A DNA stretch of 64,000 nucleotides from a virus (IMGVR_UViG_3300038393_000245:12289-76288); one strand, 5' to 3'; shown: positions 1 through 8,617, numbered from the stretch's first letter. Notes: a model not told the origin generated them from the sequence alone. Program-made: numbers and translations.

Positions 1-18
1 TACGAAAATGTCAACTAC

Positions 19-375
19 TTATAACACTGCAACAATTGCGAGGTAGGTGAGTGAGTGAACCATCTGGTCGAAACCGGTCAACACCCAGAACTCATTGTGA
101 GTCGTCGGACCCCAGCCCTTTTTCTTATTGTACCACATCTTAAACCAATCCATGTGGTAGTGAACGATGAACTCGCCGATCGACAAAGAGATACCAACAA
201 CGGGACCAGTGAAGAACATTAAGATTAGGAGCGTGGCCAGAGCATGTTGTCCAGAATGGATGATGCCTCCTATATGACCATAGGTTCCTTTGTTCTGCCA
301 CTGATACGGAGGTTGATAGACGAAGTCCAGTACGAAATGTTTAATGGTGAGCAATAAGAGTAGAATCAACATCAT
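19..375 (-). CDS. DUF3307-like membrane protein
   Basis: KHFVLDF..Q..Q.QNKG, HSG.HA, H..MD..K and GFDQ..H motifs with hydrophobic helices. Confidence 0.7.
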   Translation of the reverse strand: MMLILLLLLTIKHFVLDFVYQPPYQWQNKGTYGHIGGIIHSGQHALATLLILMFFTGPVVGISLSIGEFIVHYHMDWFKMWYNKKKGWGPTTHNEFWVLTGFDQMVHSLTYLAIVAVL

Positions 376-584
376 TCTTCGTCCGTTTCTTGGATGAACA
401 TCTGAATTCCTAGATGATTTGCCATAGTTGAAATGGCGTCTCTAATATCAGACATCGCAGTGTAACCGTGTATATCATGATCAGTATAAGCGATAGTTAC
501 TTCTTCACCATCTGGTTTGATAAGAGTGTATCGTTCAAATTCGGCTATTATATCTTCTTCGATTTTAATTCTAAAACCAGTCAT
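372..584 (-). CDS. hypothetical protein
   Basis: 70-aa acidic ORF overlapping both flanking genes in operon fashion. Confidence 0.65.
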   Translation of the reverse strand: MTGFRIKIEEDIIAEFERYTLIKPDGEEVTIAYTDHDIHGYTAMSDIRDAISTMANHLGIQMFIQETDEE

Positions 585-3108
585 CTAGCGTTGCTCTCTT
601 CTCTGTCGACCAGCCGATGACTGTTAGAATGTCATTGAGTGGTTCTAGATACGTTTTGGAAAATTGTCGGTCATAATCCACATATCTCTCAAGACCAAAT
701 TCTTTGGGAAGGTTATTCAAAACAGCGATAACATCTTCTCTAGAAGGATTTGGAAGTCTCAAATATCCAAATTTAATCTTATCACCCGAATAAATTTGTT
801 CATATTCTCCAACAAGACCATAGTCTCTAACCAGCTTATTGTGCATCAGAGATGCACGAACATGTATTGGAGTAGCCGATTTATAGACTCGAGCGGCATC
901 ATGATACTTTTCTAGATTCTTTACTCCTCGTGGCATCGCGATCTGGTCGAATCTCTTTTTGACAAATTTAGACTTAAATCCTTCGATGTATTCGTGAAGC
1001 TTATCTTGACCCTCATTCATGATGATCTTGAAAGTGTCTTTCATTGCTTCGCGAACTATCTCTGGTGTAGAAGGCATTACCGCTTTAATCCCAGTCACCT
1101 TTAACTCTGGAGACGAATACCTTTTGCCTTCGACGTCATATGCATTTAACATATACATCTTAGCAGCAACCCATAGACCTTTATCCGCGATAGTCTCTCT
1201 CTTCATTTTAAGAGCTGGTTTATGAGCGTTCAAATACTCATACAACTCAGTACACGCCTTATTAATGACCGATTGTATCTTTTCCTTAGAGACCTTATCT
1301 AAGAATTCTGTGATCTTATGAGGATCTCCTCCGTTCGGATATATCTTCTTTACAAGATCATCTACCGTAACATAGATCGAGTCGGTATCCGCGTATATGA
1401 CGTATTCTTTATTCTTTCCAATAATTTTCGATAGATAATCATTGACGGCCCTTGCGACCCATCGAATTGCTAGCTGTCCAGTCATAGTGATAGCCTCAGC
1501 ATTATCTAGATCGAACCACCTGAACCATAGGTTTCCGAGAGCACCATAAGCTGAGTTTAACTGAATTTTTCTGGCTAACTGAAGTCCATTATACTTAGCA
1601 GAGAGATTCTCGTATTCTTTCTTTTTGGATGGATCTGTTTCCTTGTCTGCTAATTTTGAGTACTCTTTAGCCTTGTCCTTAAATGATTTACGATCATTAT
1701 ATTTGGATTCCATCAAGTACGAAAGGAAGCTTTGGGTGTCTTTCCTGTACATGGCCAAATTTGCCCCTACAGCAAGGTCCTTACCACCGGCAATAGATTT
1801 CCAATCTAATTTCCTATCCAAGGCTGAGTCCACGGTCCAGCCAGGTATATGGCCCTTTCCAGCATAGGTTTCTGGACCAATATTAAGAAGCATGATCAAA
1901 TGAGGATAGAGTGAGTCATAGTCAAACGATATCACCCAGTTATACATTCCAGGACGAGTAGCTCCTGGATTAAAGGGATGAACCTCTTTAACATATCCTC
2001 CGACTAGAGCTCTAGTCATGTGTTTCACTTCTTTAGGAGGAACACAGATTCCTTTATCAAGAAGGTAGTTATGAATAATAACGTCCCATGGCTTGACCGT
2101 AGCTAGAGTCTCGATGTAGTTCACCTTAGCGTCATACGCCATGTACAATACTAATTCGATGAACCCCAACTTTTCTTCTAATCGATCTACTAGAAGAACG
2201 TCCATGATGTTATAATCATAGAACTTCTGGGGATCCTTCTCATATAAGTCAAAGAGATTTTGGTATTCGGAATAATCGATCTTCTTCTCACCCAATTCTT
2301 TATGGGCGATCGTATTAAGCTTCCAGTCCTCCGAATTAGTAAATGAGAATTTCTTATATAAGTGTTGATAGTCTAGAATCGTAATTCCAAGAGGAACATA
2401 CGCTTGATTAGTTCTTCCTCGAATAATGATTTCTTTCTCTTCCATCATTCCCCATGGAGAGAGTCGGGCACTAACTTCTGAACCCATCAAATTAGTAATT
2501 CGATTTACTAGATACGGTATATCAAAAAATTCTACATTCCATCCTGTAATGACATCTGGATCGAATTGCTCCCAGACATCCAAAAATTTATACAGGAGTT
2601 GAGTCTCATGATCGCATTTATTATACACGACGTTCGGGTCTGAAGGAGTATAATCCTTATAACCAAAAACAACGGCCTTTCCATTCTTACGAATAGTAAT
2701 TGCAGTTATTTCTGCCGTTGGATTTGATGGATCAATTCCTCCCTCTTGTTTAGCCGTCTCGATGTCAAGAGTGACTACGCTCACCCACGATGGATCAAAA
2801 TCTATGTCTCCCTTATAGTTGTCGTAGATATACATCGACACCCAATCGGTGGATCCGTAGATATTAAAATTCTCGATCCCTTCGTATTCTTTGACAAACT
2901 CACGAGCTTCTTTAATAGTTCCAAATCTCATCCGATTCAAATATGATCCATTAAGACTCTTGAATTGTGTTTTTTGTCCCTTTTGCGCTGGTATAAACAG
3001 ATATGGAGAGTATGGAATCTGACGATGAACCCTAAATCCATTATCGTCATAACCTCGAACCAGCATCCTACCTCGATGCTGAGAAATATGCGTATAAATT
3101 TTTCCCAT
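571..3108 (-). CDS. gp43: family B DNA polymerase (T4 gp43)
   Basis: Exo motifs LDIET, GWNVEFFDIPY and YNIMDV; Pol motifs DYDSLYP, KIQLNSAYG and YADTDS; C-terminal clamp-binding ATLDDWF. Confidence 0.98.
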   Translation of the reverse strand: MGKIYTHISQHRGRMLVRGYDDNGFRVHRQIPYSPYLFIPAQKGQKTQFKSLNGSYLNRMRFGTIKEAREFVKEYEGIENFNIYGSTDWVSMYIYDNYKGDIDFDPSWVSVVTLDIETAKQEGGIDPSNPTAEITAITIRKNGKAVVFGYKDYTPSDPNVVYNKCDHETQLLYKFLDVWEQFDPDVITGWNVEFFDIPYLVNRITNLMGSEVSARLSPWGMMEEKEIIIRGRTNQAYVPLGITILDYQHLYKKFSFTNSEDWKLNTIAHKELGEKKIDYSEYQNLFDLYEKDPQKFYDYNIMDVLLVDRLEEKLGFIELVLYMAYDAKVNYIETLATVKPWDVIIHNYLLDKGICVPPKEVKHMTRALVGGYVKEVHPFNPGATRPGMYNWVISFDYDSLYPHLIMLLNIGPETYAGKGHIPGWTVDSALDRKLDWKSIAGGKDLAVGANLAMYRKDTQSFLSYLMESKYNDRKSFKDKAKEYSKLADKETDPSKKKEYENLSAKYNGLQLARKIQLNSAYGALGNLWFRWFDLDNAEAITMTGQLAIRWVARAVNDYLSKIIGKNKEYVIYADTDSIYVTVDDLVKKIYPNGGDPHKITEFLDKVSKEKIQSVINKACTELYEYLNAHKPALKMKRETIADKGLWVAAKMYMLNAYDVEGKRYSSPELKVTGIKAVMPSTPEIVREAMKDTFKIIMNEGQDKLHEYIEGFKSKFVKKRFDQIAMPRGVKNLEKYHDAARVYKSATPIHVRASLMHNKLVRDYGLVGEYEQIYSGDKIKFGYLRLPNPSREDVIAVLNNLPKEFGLERYVDYDRQFSKTYLEPLNDILTVIGWSTEKRATLDDWF

Positions 3109-3113
3109 AGTTC

Positions 3114-3142
3114 CTTATATCATAAATTGTCAAAAATGTCAA
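3114..3142 (-). promoter_or_regulatory. sigma70-like early promoter for gp43
   Basis: TTGACA-17 nt-TATAAG on the minus strand just upstream of gp43. Confidence 0.7.
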
Positions 3143-3144
3143 TG

Positions 3145-3152
3145 CATAAATA
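3145..3152 (+). promoter_or_regulatory. T4-type late promoter for the lysis cassette
   Basis: CATAAATA (cf. T4 TATAAATA) upstream of the GGAG RBS and ATG at 3170. Confidence 0.6.
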
Positions 3153-3169
3153 GTTTAAATGGAGATATT

Positions 3170-3883
3170 ATGGCTTTAATTATTACTGGTGCGTTTGATA
3201 TATTGACTGAGACAGGAGAGGTACAGTCTGTACCTGCTAGTTCTGTTCCATTAGTGATCAATATGATAGATGCGAATCTTCTAAAAATTGTAGCTCCAAA
3301 CAATCCCTCATTAGAACAATGGGTTGATCCTATCAAGAAAGCGTGTATCAAGTTTAACATAGATACAGTTAGAGAGGTCGCATGTTATCTCTCACAATCA
3401 GGGCACGAGAGTTCTGGCTTTACTCGACTCGAAGAATCTCTTAACTATAGCGCACAAAGACTAATGCAAGTCTGGCCAAAGAGGTTTCCTAACTCTTCGA
3501 TCGCCGAAAGATACGCTCATAATCCGAAAGCTCTAGCTAATAACGTCTATTCGAATAGACTAGGAAATGGAGATGAGAGTTCTGGAGATGGATACCGATT
3601 TAGGGGTGGAGGTCTCTTTCAATTGACTGGAAGAGAGAACTACACGAGGTTCGGAAAATCTGTTGGAATGAACGCTGAGAAGGCTTCCGATTACGTACGA
3701 ACAATTGAAGGAGCCGCGATATCAGCCGGATGGTATTTTGAAGATCGAGGCCTTGATAAGTTAGCCGCAACTCCTGGAGTTGAAGACGAAACAAAAGCCA
3801 TCAATGGAGGATCGATTGGTCTAGATGAGAGAAGAAGACTATTCGATCTAGTTGTAAAAGAATTTCTTAAAAGGGGAGCATAA
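3170..3883 (+). CDS. glycoside hydrolase family 19 endolysin
   Basis: LSQSGHESSGF..LEESLNYS, NNVYSNRLGNGD..SGDGYRFRGGGLFQLTGRENY and TKAINGG motifs. Confidence 0.9.
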   Translation: MALIITGAFDILTETGEVQSVPASSVPLVINMIDANLLKIVAPNNPSLEQWVDPIKKACIKFNIDTVREVACYLSQSGHESSGFTRLEESLNYSAQRLMQVWPKRFPNSSIAERYAHNPKALANNVYSNRLGNGDESSGDGYRFRGGGLFQLTGRENYTRFGKSVGMNAEKASDYVRTIEGAAISAGWYFEDRGLDKLAATPGVEDETKAINGGSIGLDERRRLFDLVVKEFLKRGA

Positions 3884-4263
3884 TGAGCGCTCTATTAACA
3901 TTCGCTTCCGGTCCATGGGGAGCACTTCTTCAAAAGGCGATGCTAGCATTAATGATCGCTGGAACAATCTGGATTGCCGTGTCGCAATATAATGATCATA
4001 TTGCAAAGGGTCAGATGTTAAGGGACCAAAATGCGCAGTTGGTTCAACTTCAAAAAGACAATCAAGAAGTTAATCAGAAACTATCTAATCTTCAAATCGA
4101 GAATAACAAGATACTCGAGAAATTAGATCAAAAGAACAATAAAGTTATCGAGACTCACGACAGAGTATCAACTTATATTAGGTCTCCAGAGGCTCGAAAA
4201 TCTAACAGAGAATCTTCTGACGTCATAAAGAAAACCATTGGGATGTTACAAAATGATGAATAA
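3883..4263 (+). CDS. putative i-spanin (Rz-like)
   Basis: N-terminal TM helix plus coiled coil, directly after the endolysin and overlapping a lipoprotein gene. Confidence 0.7.
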   Translation: MSALLTFASGPWGALLQKAMLALMIAGTIWIAVSQYNDHIAKGQMLRDQNAQLVQLQKDNQEVNQKLSNLQIENNKILEKLDQKNNKVIETHDRVSTYIRSPEARKSNRESSDVIKKTIGMLQNDE

Positions 4264-4540
4264 ACTATTAATCGTGTTAGCTTCGATAAGCTTGAGTGGG
4301 TGTTTTGGAATTGGACAACACGTTCAGCCAATTAAGACAGAATATAAAGTCGTGATGCCGGAATCTAAATATTTTGTCTGCGATGTAGTGAAGCTTCCAG
4401 ATCCAAAGAAGCTGACCGATGAAGAGGTTTCTCTTCTTATAAACGATCTAGTAAAAGCTAATCGAATATGCAGCAATAATATGACCGGAATTAAAACGTA
4501 CCTTCAAACTGCCCAGGACGTTCTTGAAAAGCGTCAGTGA
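4253..4540 (+). CDS. putative o-spanin lipoprotein (Rz1-like)
   Basis: MMNKLLIVLASISLSG-C lipobox, Pro-containing mature part, overlaps the i-spanin end; start moved from 4238 to ATG 4253. Confidence 0.75.
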   Translation: MMNKLLIVLASISLSGCFGIGQHVQPIKTEYKVVMPESKYFVCDVVKLPDPKKLTDEEVSLLINDLVKANRICSNNMTGIKTYLQTAQDVLEKRQ

Positions 4541-4875
4541 CGCATCTCAAAATAATAGTCGTTCATATCCCTCTTCTCGAGTAATAACTCGAGTCGGACT
4601 ACCACGTGCCTAAACGTGTTGATTGGATGAATAACCACTGAGGATTTAGAAGACTTTGATGGGATCGTATGAACAGCCGAAGGATTTCCCTTCTTGCTTA
4701 CAAGAGCCTCGTCATACCAAGTCTCACTTAAGACATAAGGAATCTGAGCCCTTTTTGTTTCTTTTAAGAATTGAGCGATAGGACAGGTATAGTTGTCGAT
4801 TCCATCAAACGTTTCATCCTGTGGCTTAGTCTTTGCCCATTCCAAAAATTCTACGTCGGTGAATCCCAATTTCAT
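4534..4875 (-). CDS. hypothetical protein
   Basis: 113-aa ORF, TAATG-coupled to the upstream small ORF. Confidence 0.65.
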   Translation of the reverse strand: MKLGFTDVEFLEWAKTKPQDETFDGIDNYTCPIAQFLKETKRAQIPYVLSETWYDEALVSKKGNPSAVHTIPSKSSKSSVVIHPINTFRHVVVRLELLLEKRDMNDYYFEMRH

Positions 4876-5051
4876 TAAGCAAACCTCATATCAATAAGCG
4901 CTTTAGTCTTTCCATTGATAGCTCGAACTTGTTTCTTATATTGACCTACAAGAACGTCTAATCTCTTGGCGATAATTGTTGGATCATCGGTGCACGACCC
5001 AACTTCCCTCCAGGTTCCTGATATGCTCTGAACTTGTAAGATAGTCATCAT
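4875..5051 (-). CDS. hypothetical protein (58 aa, below the ORF-track cutoff)
   Basis: Manual translation MMTILQVQSISGTWREVG...DMRFA; AAGGA RBS. Confidence 0.6.
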   Translation of the reverse strand: MMTILQVQSISGTWREVGSCTDDPTIIAKRLDVLVGQYKKQVRAINGKTKALIDMRFA

Positions 5052-5087
5052 TATTCCTTTTATAATACTTATTAGAAAATGTCAAAC

Positions 5088-5552
5088 TTACAAGTCACCA
5101 TGATATACCGGCCATCCATTGAAATGTCCTAGTTCATGACATAAGAGTCTTGCGTATGAGTCGGTCTTTGGATAGACGCAAGGATTAGGAATATGAATCT
5201 CTTTCTTGGTTTGATAGGCAAAGACAACTCCACACTGACCTTTGTTAGCATCCCAATTGATCTTGTTTGGGCTCTCAAAGTACACCGTAACTTGAGCGTC
5301 TCTCTGATATTTAATTGGAGGAGAATCGGTGTTGTACCAAGTGGCGTTAGGAACATACTTTGGAAGTGGAGGATCTTTTTTCTGTAATCTTGGATCACCA
5401 TATCTACAGACAGGAACATTCGTTGGTCTGACTATCCCTTCGCTAGATCCTATAGAATCTCCAGCAGAATAAGATACTCGATTGGGAATTCTATTTAAGG
5501 CCGTCGAAAACAACAAAAGAGCCGCAAGGGCTCCGACGAATATAGTCTTCAT
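5088..5552 (-). CDS. secreted/membrane-anchored protein with HExxH zinc-binding motif
   Basis: N-terminal signal-like segment, CHELGH near the C terminus, several Cys. Confidence 0.6.
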   Translation of the reverse strand: MKTIFVGALAALLLFSTALNRIPNRVSYSAGDSIGSSEGIVRPTNVPVCRYGDPRLQKKDPPLPKYVPNATWYNTDSPPIKYQRDAQVTVYFESPNKINWDANKGQCGVVFAYQTKKEIHIPNPCVYPKTDSYARLLCHELGHFNGWPVYHGDL

Positions 5553-5570
5553 ATCTCTCTCCCTTAGTGT

Positions 5571-5577
5571 TATTTAG
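5571..5577 (-). promoter_or_regulatory. late promoter motif
   Basis: CTAAATA followed by the AAGGGAG RBS before 5552. Confidence 0.45.
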
Positions 5578-5582
5578 GGAGA

Positions 5583-5660
5583 TGGTGTCCTCGGTGGGAC
5601 TCGAACCCACAAACTCCAATTTTTGAAAATGGAAGGTATTCCTATTTCCTTCACGAGGAC
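5583..5660 (-). tRNA. trnL: tRNA-Leu(CAA), short variable arm, atypical
   Basis: GTCCTCG/CGAGGAC acceptor, A73-CCA, TTCGAGT T-loop, anticodon loop TT-CAA-AA. Confidence 0.7.
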
Positions 5661-5836
5661 ACATAACCATATTGAATATCAACACTAGTATTGCAAAATG
5701 CTCTCTTAAATGATTTAATAAGAGCCTCAGCCGAATCTACATCAGTACAGATCGGCCAAGAGTAATAAGATGATACTTTCTTCCCTCTGTGGCAGATCTC
5801 ACCCTGAAGAATAAGCTTTCTAACACCAATCTTCAT
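5651..5836 (-). CDS. hypothetical protein
   Basis: ORF coupled by ATGA to the DUF4326 gene; stop overlaps the tRNA 5' end. Confidence 0.5.
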   Translation of the reverse strand: MKIGVRKLILQGEICHRGKKVSSYYSWPICTDVDSAEALIKSFKRAFCNTSVDIQYGYVSS

Positions 5837-6135
5837 TCTATCCACTCTTCCAAATTTGAACTGTTAGCTTTTCGAAGAATCGAATCTCCATGACACGGCC
5901 TGGGAGCACAGAAGCAGACTAGATCGCACCCTCTAAGAGCCGAAACATCAAGATTAGGGAGAACATGTTTTTCAAAGAGGGCAATGACCTGTTTCTTTGT
6001 TCCATGTTCTCCCCTCTTGTATGGATTCCCATAGGGTGAGCCCCGTCCGATATAAACAGCCCCTACTGGAATCTCATCGATATGTTTATTTAGAACTCTT
6101 GGCTTACGCTGGGATTGGGAGTCCAAATTTTTCAT
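5833..6135 (-). CDS. DUF4326 domain protein
   Basis: VYIGRGSPYGNPY and LRGCDLVCFCAPRPCHGD motifs. Confidence 0.8.
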   Translation of the reverse strand: MKNLDSQSQRKPRVLNKHIDEIPVGAVYIGRGSPYGNPYKRGEHGTKKQVIALFEKHVLPNLDVSALRGCDLVCFCAPRPCHGDSILRKANSSNLEEWIE

Positions 6136-6772
6136 TTAACTCTGATCGAGAAATAGCGAGGGCCGTGGATTGCACCGGAGAAGAAGTTCTTCCAATAACC
6201 TGTAGAACGAATGGTTTAATCTCAGGCCACTCGTCCATAAGCTTCTTCGCAGTAATGAATGAGTTAAGTGTAACATTAATACTAAGGCGATCCTTCTTGT
6301 ATTCATCAAGAAAATCTTCTATTCGCCTACTAATCTTATTGAATCGAGTGGTTAAATCATGGTCGACAGGAAAAACTATGTCGACAATATTATTATACCT
6401 AAATCCACTGTCAATACCAGAGAGAATCCTCTTCTTTACTTCTTTGGAGTCCTTAAAATATTTTGATACTAGCTTCCTATTATCCCATCCTGAGCAAAAA
6501 TTAGATGGATCTCCATTAAAATTTAGTTGAGCCACCTCCCATCCAAACTTTACACCAATGGTGTCTGATTCCAGCATCCAACGATTAGGAAGCGAATCAA
6601 TAAGTACTCGTTGCCTTTCGGTGAAGAGATTGTTATAAGCTTCCGAAGCTAGAGAAGCGATTTCCTTAGACACTTCTGATATTACTGAGTTCTTCTCATA
6701 CTTGTAATCAAGAACACGATCGGAGATTTGTGAACGCATAAGCTTAGTAAGACGAATAGATTCCTGTGTCAT
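6104..6772 (-). CDS. Nmad5-like (nucleotide modification associated domain 5) protein
   Basis: RLTKLMRSQI N terminus, TAKKL..EWPE and LNEKFGLP C terminus. Confidence 0.65.
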   Translation of the reverse strand: MTQESIRLTKLMRSQISDRVLDYKYEKNSVISEVSKEIASLASEAYNNLFTERQRVLIDSLPNRWMLESDTIGVKFGWEVAQLNFNGDPSNFCSGWDNRKLVSKYFKDSKEVKKRILSGIDSGFRYNNIVDIVFPVDHDLTTRFNKISRRIEDFLDEYKKDRLSINVTLNSFITAKKLMDEWPEIKPFVLQVIGRTSSPVQSTALAISRSELNEKFGLPIPA

Positions 6773-6798
6773 TACATTCTTTCATAGTGTAAATAAAT

Positions 6799-6876
6799 TG
6801 GTGTCCATGGCGAGATTCGAACCCGCACTGTTACGGCTCTCAACCGATTGTCTCCTACCAATTGGACTACATGGAC
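6799..6876 (-). tRNA. trnL: tRNA-Leu(GAG), short variable arm
   Basis: GTCCATG/CATGGAC acceptor, loop TT-GAG-AG, TTCGAAT T-loop, CCA. Confidence 0.75.
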
Positions 6877-6884
6877 ACATAAGA

Positions 6885-6959
6885 TGGAGCTTTAGAGGAG
6901 AATCGAACTCCTGATTCCTGTGTACGAAACAGGTGTGTTACCATTACCACTACTAAAGC
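6885..6959 (-). tRNA. trnT: tRNA-Thr(CGT)
   Basis: Cloverleaf, CCTGT-TTCGTAC-ACAGG anticodon arm, CCA. Confidence 0.9.
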
Positions 6960-6964
6960 AAATA

Positions 6965-7240
6965 TCAATAATAACTCCAATCCCAATACGAGATATTACC
7001 ATCTGGAGGAACAGTGAACGAAATTTTCCCGCTGTGAACCAGATAACTCAGAGCCGGAGATATATCGTGATCAAAATAGCTAGAAAGTTCCGAGAAAGTT
7101 TTACATCCATCTTCCAATAGAATTCTGGAGATGTCTTCTTGGTCTTTCAAATACGAATCAATTTCGTTCTGTGAACAACCATTAATTTTCATGAACATCA
7201 GAGTAGTATCTGCTTCACGATCCGTAATCATTGCTACCAT
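6965..7240 (-). CDS. hypothetical protein within tRNA array
   Basis: 91-aa ORF filling the gap between tRNAs. Confidence 0.55.
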   Translation of the reverse strand: MVAMITDREADTTLMFMKINGCSQNEIDSYLKDQEDISRILLEDGCKTFSELSSYFDHDISPALSYLVHSGKISFTVPPDGNISYWDWSYY

Positions 7241-7263
7241 TGCAATTCTTTCTGGGTTTGAAT

Positions 7264-7374
7264 TGGAACGAAGAGGGGGAATCTAACCCTGCACAAGATC
7301 GACGTCATCTGTGTGCCACTATCCCGCTACTCAGGTCATGACCCCAAGTGTGCTTACAATTACACTATCTTCGT
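7264..7374 (-). tRNA. tRNA-like RNA, CAT anticodon, about 35-40-nt variable region
   Basis: ACGAAGA/TCTTCGT acceptor, T-CCA, D arm, loop GT-CAT-GA, extra hairpin, TTAGATT T-loop; 111 nt. Confidence 0.6.
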
Positions 7375-7379
7375 ATAAA

Positions 7380-7460
7380 TCGTCATTAGACAGGCAACGC
7401 CAGGAATTGAACCTAGATGAGAACCACTCCGTGCCCAGAGCCTCTAACTGGCTCGACGAT
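7380..7460 (-). ncRNA. tRNA-like structured RNA lacking CCA
   Basis: ATCGTCG/TGACGAT closing helix, GAGCC/GGCTC hairpin, CTAGG-TTCAATT-CCTGG T-arm. Confidence 0.4.
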
Positions 7461-7467
7461 TATCTTA

Positions 7468-7543
7468 TGGTGCTCCAACAGGGAGTCGAACCCTGTCCTA
7501 ATCCTTACCAAGGACTCATTCTAACCGTTAAAACTATTGGAGC
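7468..7543 (-). tRNA. trnT: tRNA-Thr(GGT)
   Basis: Cloverleaf, loop TT-GGT-AA, CCA. Confidence 0.9.
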
Positions 7544-7548
7544 ATATG

Positions 7549-7623
7549 TGGTGCGTCTAGTAGGTAATGATCCTACCACCTTACCGATGTCAACGGTGCG
7601 CTCTACCTCTGAGCTATAGACGC
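7549..7623 (-). tRNA. trnV: tRNA-Val(GAC)
   Basis: Cloverleaf, loop TT-GAC-AT, atypical T-loop ATCATTA. Confidence 0.85.
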
Positions 7624-7630
7624 ATATTGT

Positions 7631-7780
7631 TTTGTAGGGACTTACACTACTTATGATCCTACTTATCGGAGACCACCCGGACTTCTCGCTTAAGAGGCGA
7701 GCGTGCTTTTTATCTTAACGACAAGATATCGGTCTGTCTTTTACTATCGATTGAGTCGTAATCCTCGATAGTCCTACAAA
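7631..7780 (-). ncRNA. 150-nt multi-hairpin RNA of unknown family
   Basis: Terminal helix TTTGTAGGAC/GTCC-CTACAAA enclosing at least 4 hairpins; I did not find an ORF here. Confidence 0.55.
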
Positions 7781-7784
7781 TTAA

Positions 7785-7860
7785 TGGGGTGTAGTACGGG
7801 TAACGATCCCGTCACTTCAGATTCACAATCTGACATGTATCCATCAACACTCACTACACC
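7785..7860 (-). tRNA. trnH: tRNA-His(GTG)
   Basis: G-1:C73 pair, TCAGA-TTGTGAA-TCTGA, T-loop ATCGTTA. Confidence 0.9.
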
Positions 7861-7867
7861 ATGAACT

Positions 7868-7944
7868 TGGTCGCGACGGAGGGAATTGAACCCTCGACTC
7901 CAGAGACACAATCTAGCATGATACCACTTCACCACGCCGTCACG
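7868..7944 (-). tRNA. degenerate tRNA with GTG anticodon (possible pseudo-tRNA-His)
   Basis: Good D, anticodon and T arms but 3-nt register mismatch in the acceptor and loop TT-GTG-TC. Confidence 0.5.
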
Positions 7945-7949
7945 GATAA

Positions 7950-8025
7950 TGGTCCGGGTGGTGGGACTCGAACCCACACCAACTCGGCTCCAAACCGAGG
8001 CTTCTCCCCACTAAACTACACCCGG
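7950..8025 (-). tRNA. trnP: tRNA-Pro(TGG)
   Basis: CCGGGTG acceptor, CTCGG-TTTGGAG-CCGAG. Confidence 0.92.
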
Positions 8026-8090
8026 ATAAACTAACAGGAACGTCTTTTTGCTATTCCAAAGCTAAGAGTTGCTGAATCGTTCCTAAAATA

Positions 8091-8166
8091 TGGAGCTACC
8101 GACGGGGTTCGAACCCGCTTCCACAGGAGTGAAAATCCTGCCGCCCGCCAATTAGCGTTCGGTAGC
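8091..8166 (-). tRNA. trnE: tRNA-Glu(TTC)
   Basis: CAGGA-TTTTCAC-TCCTG, cloverleaf, CCA. Confidence 0.88.
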
Positions 8167-8174
8167 ATATATGG

Positions 8175-8250
8175 TGGTACTCGCGAGGAGACTCGAACTC
8201 CTACTGGATACGTTCTAAGCGTATTGCCTCTTCCATTGGGCTACGCGAGC
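8175..8250 (-). tRNA. trnL: tRNA-Leu(TAG), short variable arm
   Basis: Leu-type D arm GCCCAATGGAAGAGGC, ATACG-CTTAGAA-CGTAT, 5-nt variable loop. Confidence 0.88.
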
Positions 8251-8256
8251 ACTAGC

Positions 8257-8526
8257 TTAATTACAGTCTCCGTTCTGGTCAACGGCCCTCTTTGGTTCTT
8301 TTAAATCAAATCCGAAAGTATAGACTGGGACAATAACAGTCTCAATAAAAATGATTCCCAGAGCAACATCTGCTACATTCGTTTCGTAACAAATCTTATC
8401 GCTCTTCTTTTCGACATTGAGAAGACCGTACGGCTCATGAGTCTTGCCATTGATCATGAGTGAATTAGAACACCCAGATAGTACAAGAGACGCTGCGATC
8501 ATCGCAGAAGCAATCAATTTCTTCAT
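8257..8526 (-). CDS. putative lipoprotein
   Basis: MKKLIASAMIAASLVLSG-C lipobox; start moved to 8526 because the upstream part overlaps a tRNA. Confidence 0.75.
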   Translation of the reverse strand: MKKLIASAMIAASLVLSGCSNSLMINGKTHEPYGLLNVEKKSDKICYETNVADVALGIIFIETVIVPVYTFGFDLKEPKRAVDQNGDCN

Positions 8527-8539
8527 AACAACTCCCAAA

Positions 8540-8617
8540 TGGTGACCCGCACGGGGATCGAACCCGTAATCTCCGCTGTGAGAGAGCGACGTCCTAAGCC
8601 AATTAGACCAGCGGGCC
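8540..8617 (-). tRNA. trnE: tRNA-Glu(CTC)
   Basis: TCGCT-CTCTCAC-AGCGG, cloverleaf, CCA. Confidence 0.9.

Noticed and set aside
9-14. TTGACA at the window edge
   Set aside because: The -10 would fall outside the window, so it cannot be assessed
5057-5085. sigma70 promoter upstream of 4875-5051
   Set aside because: TTGACA is present, but no good -10 hexamer lies at 16-18 nt spacing
5583-5660. Possible TCA (opal suppressor/Sec) anticodon
   Set aside because: The stem only pairs with the loop TT-CAA-AA, there are no Sec features, and TGA is used as a normal stop in core genes
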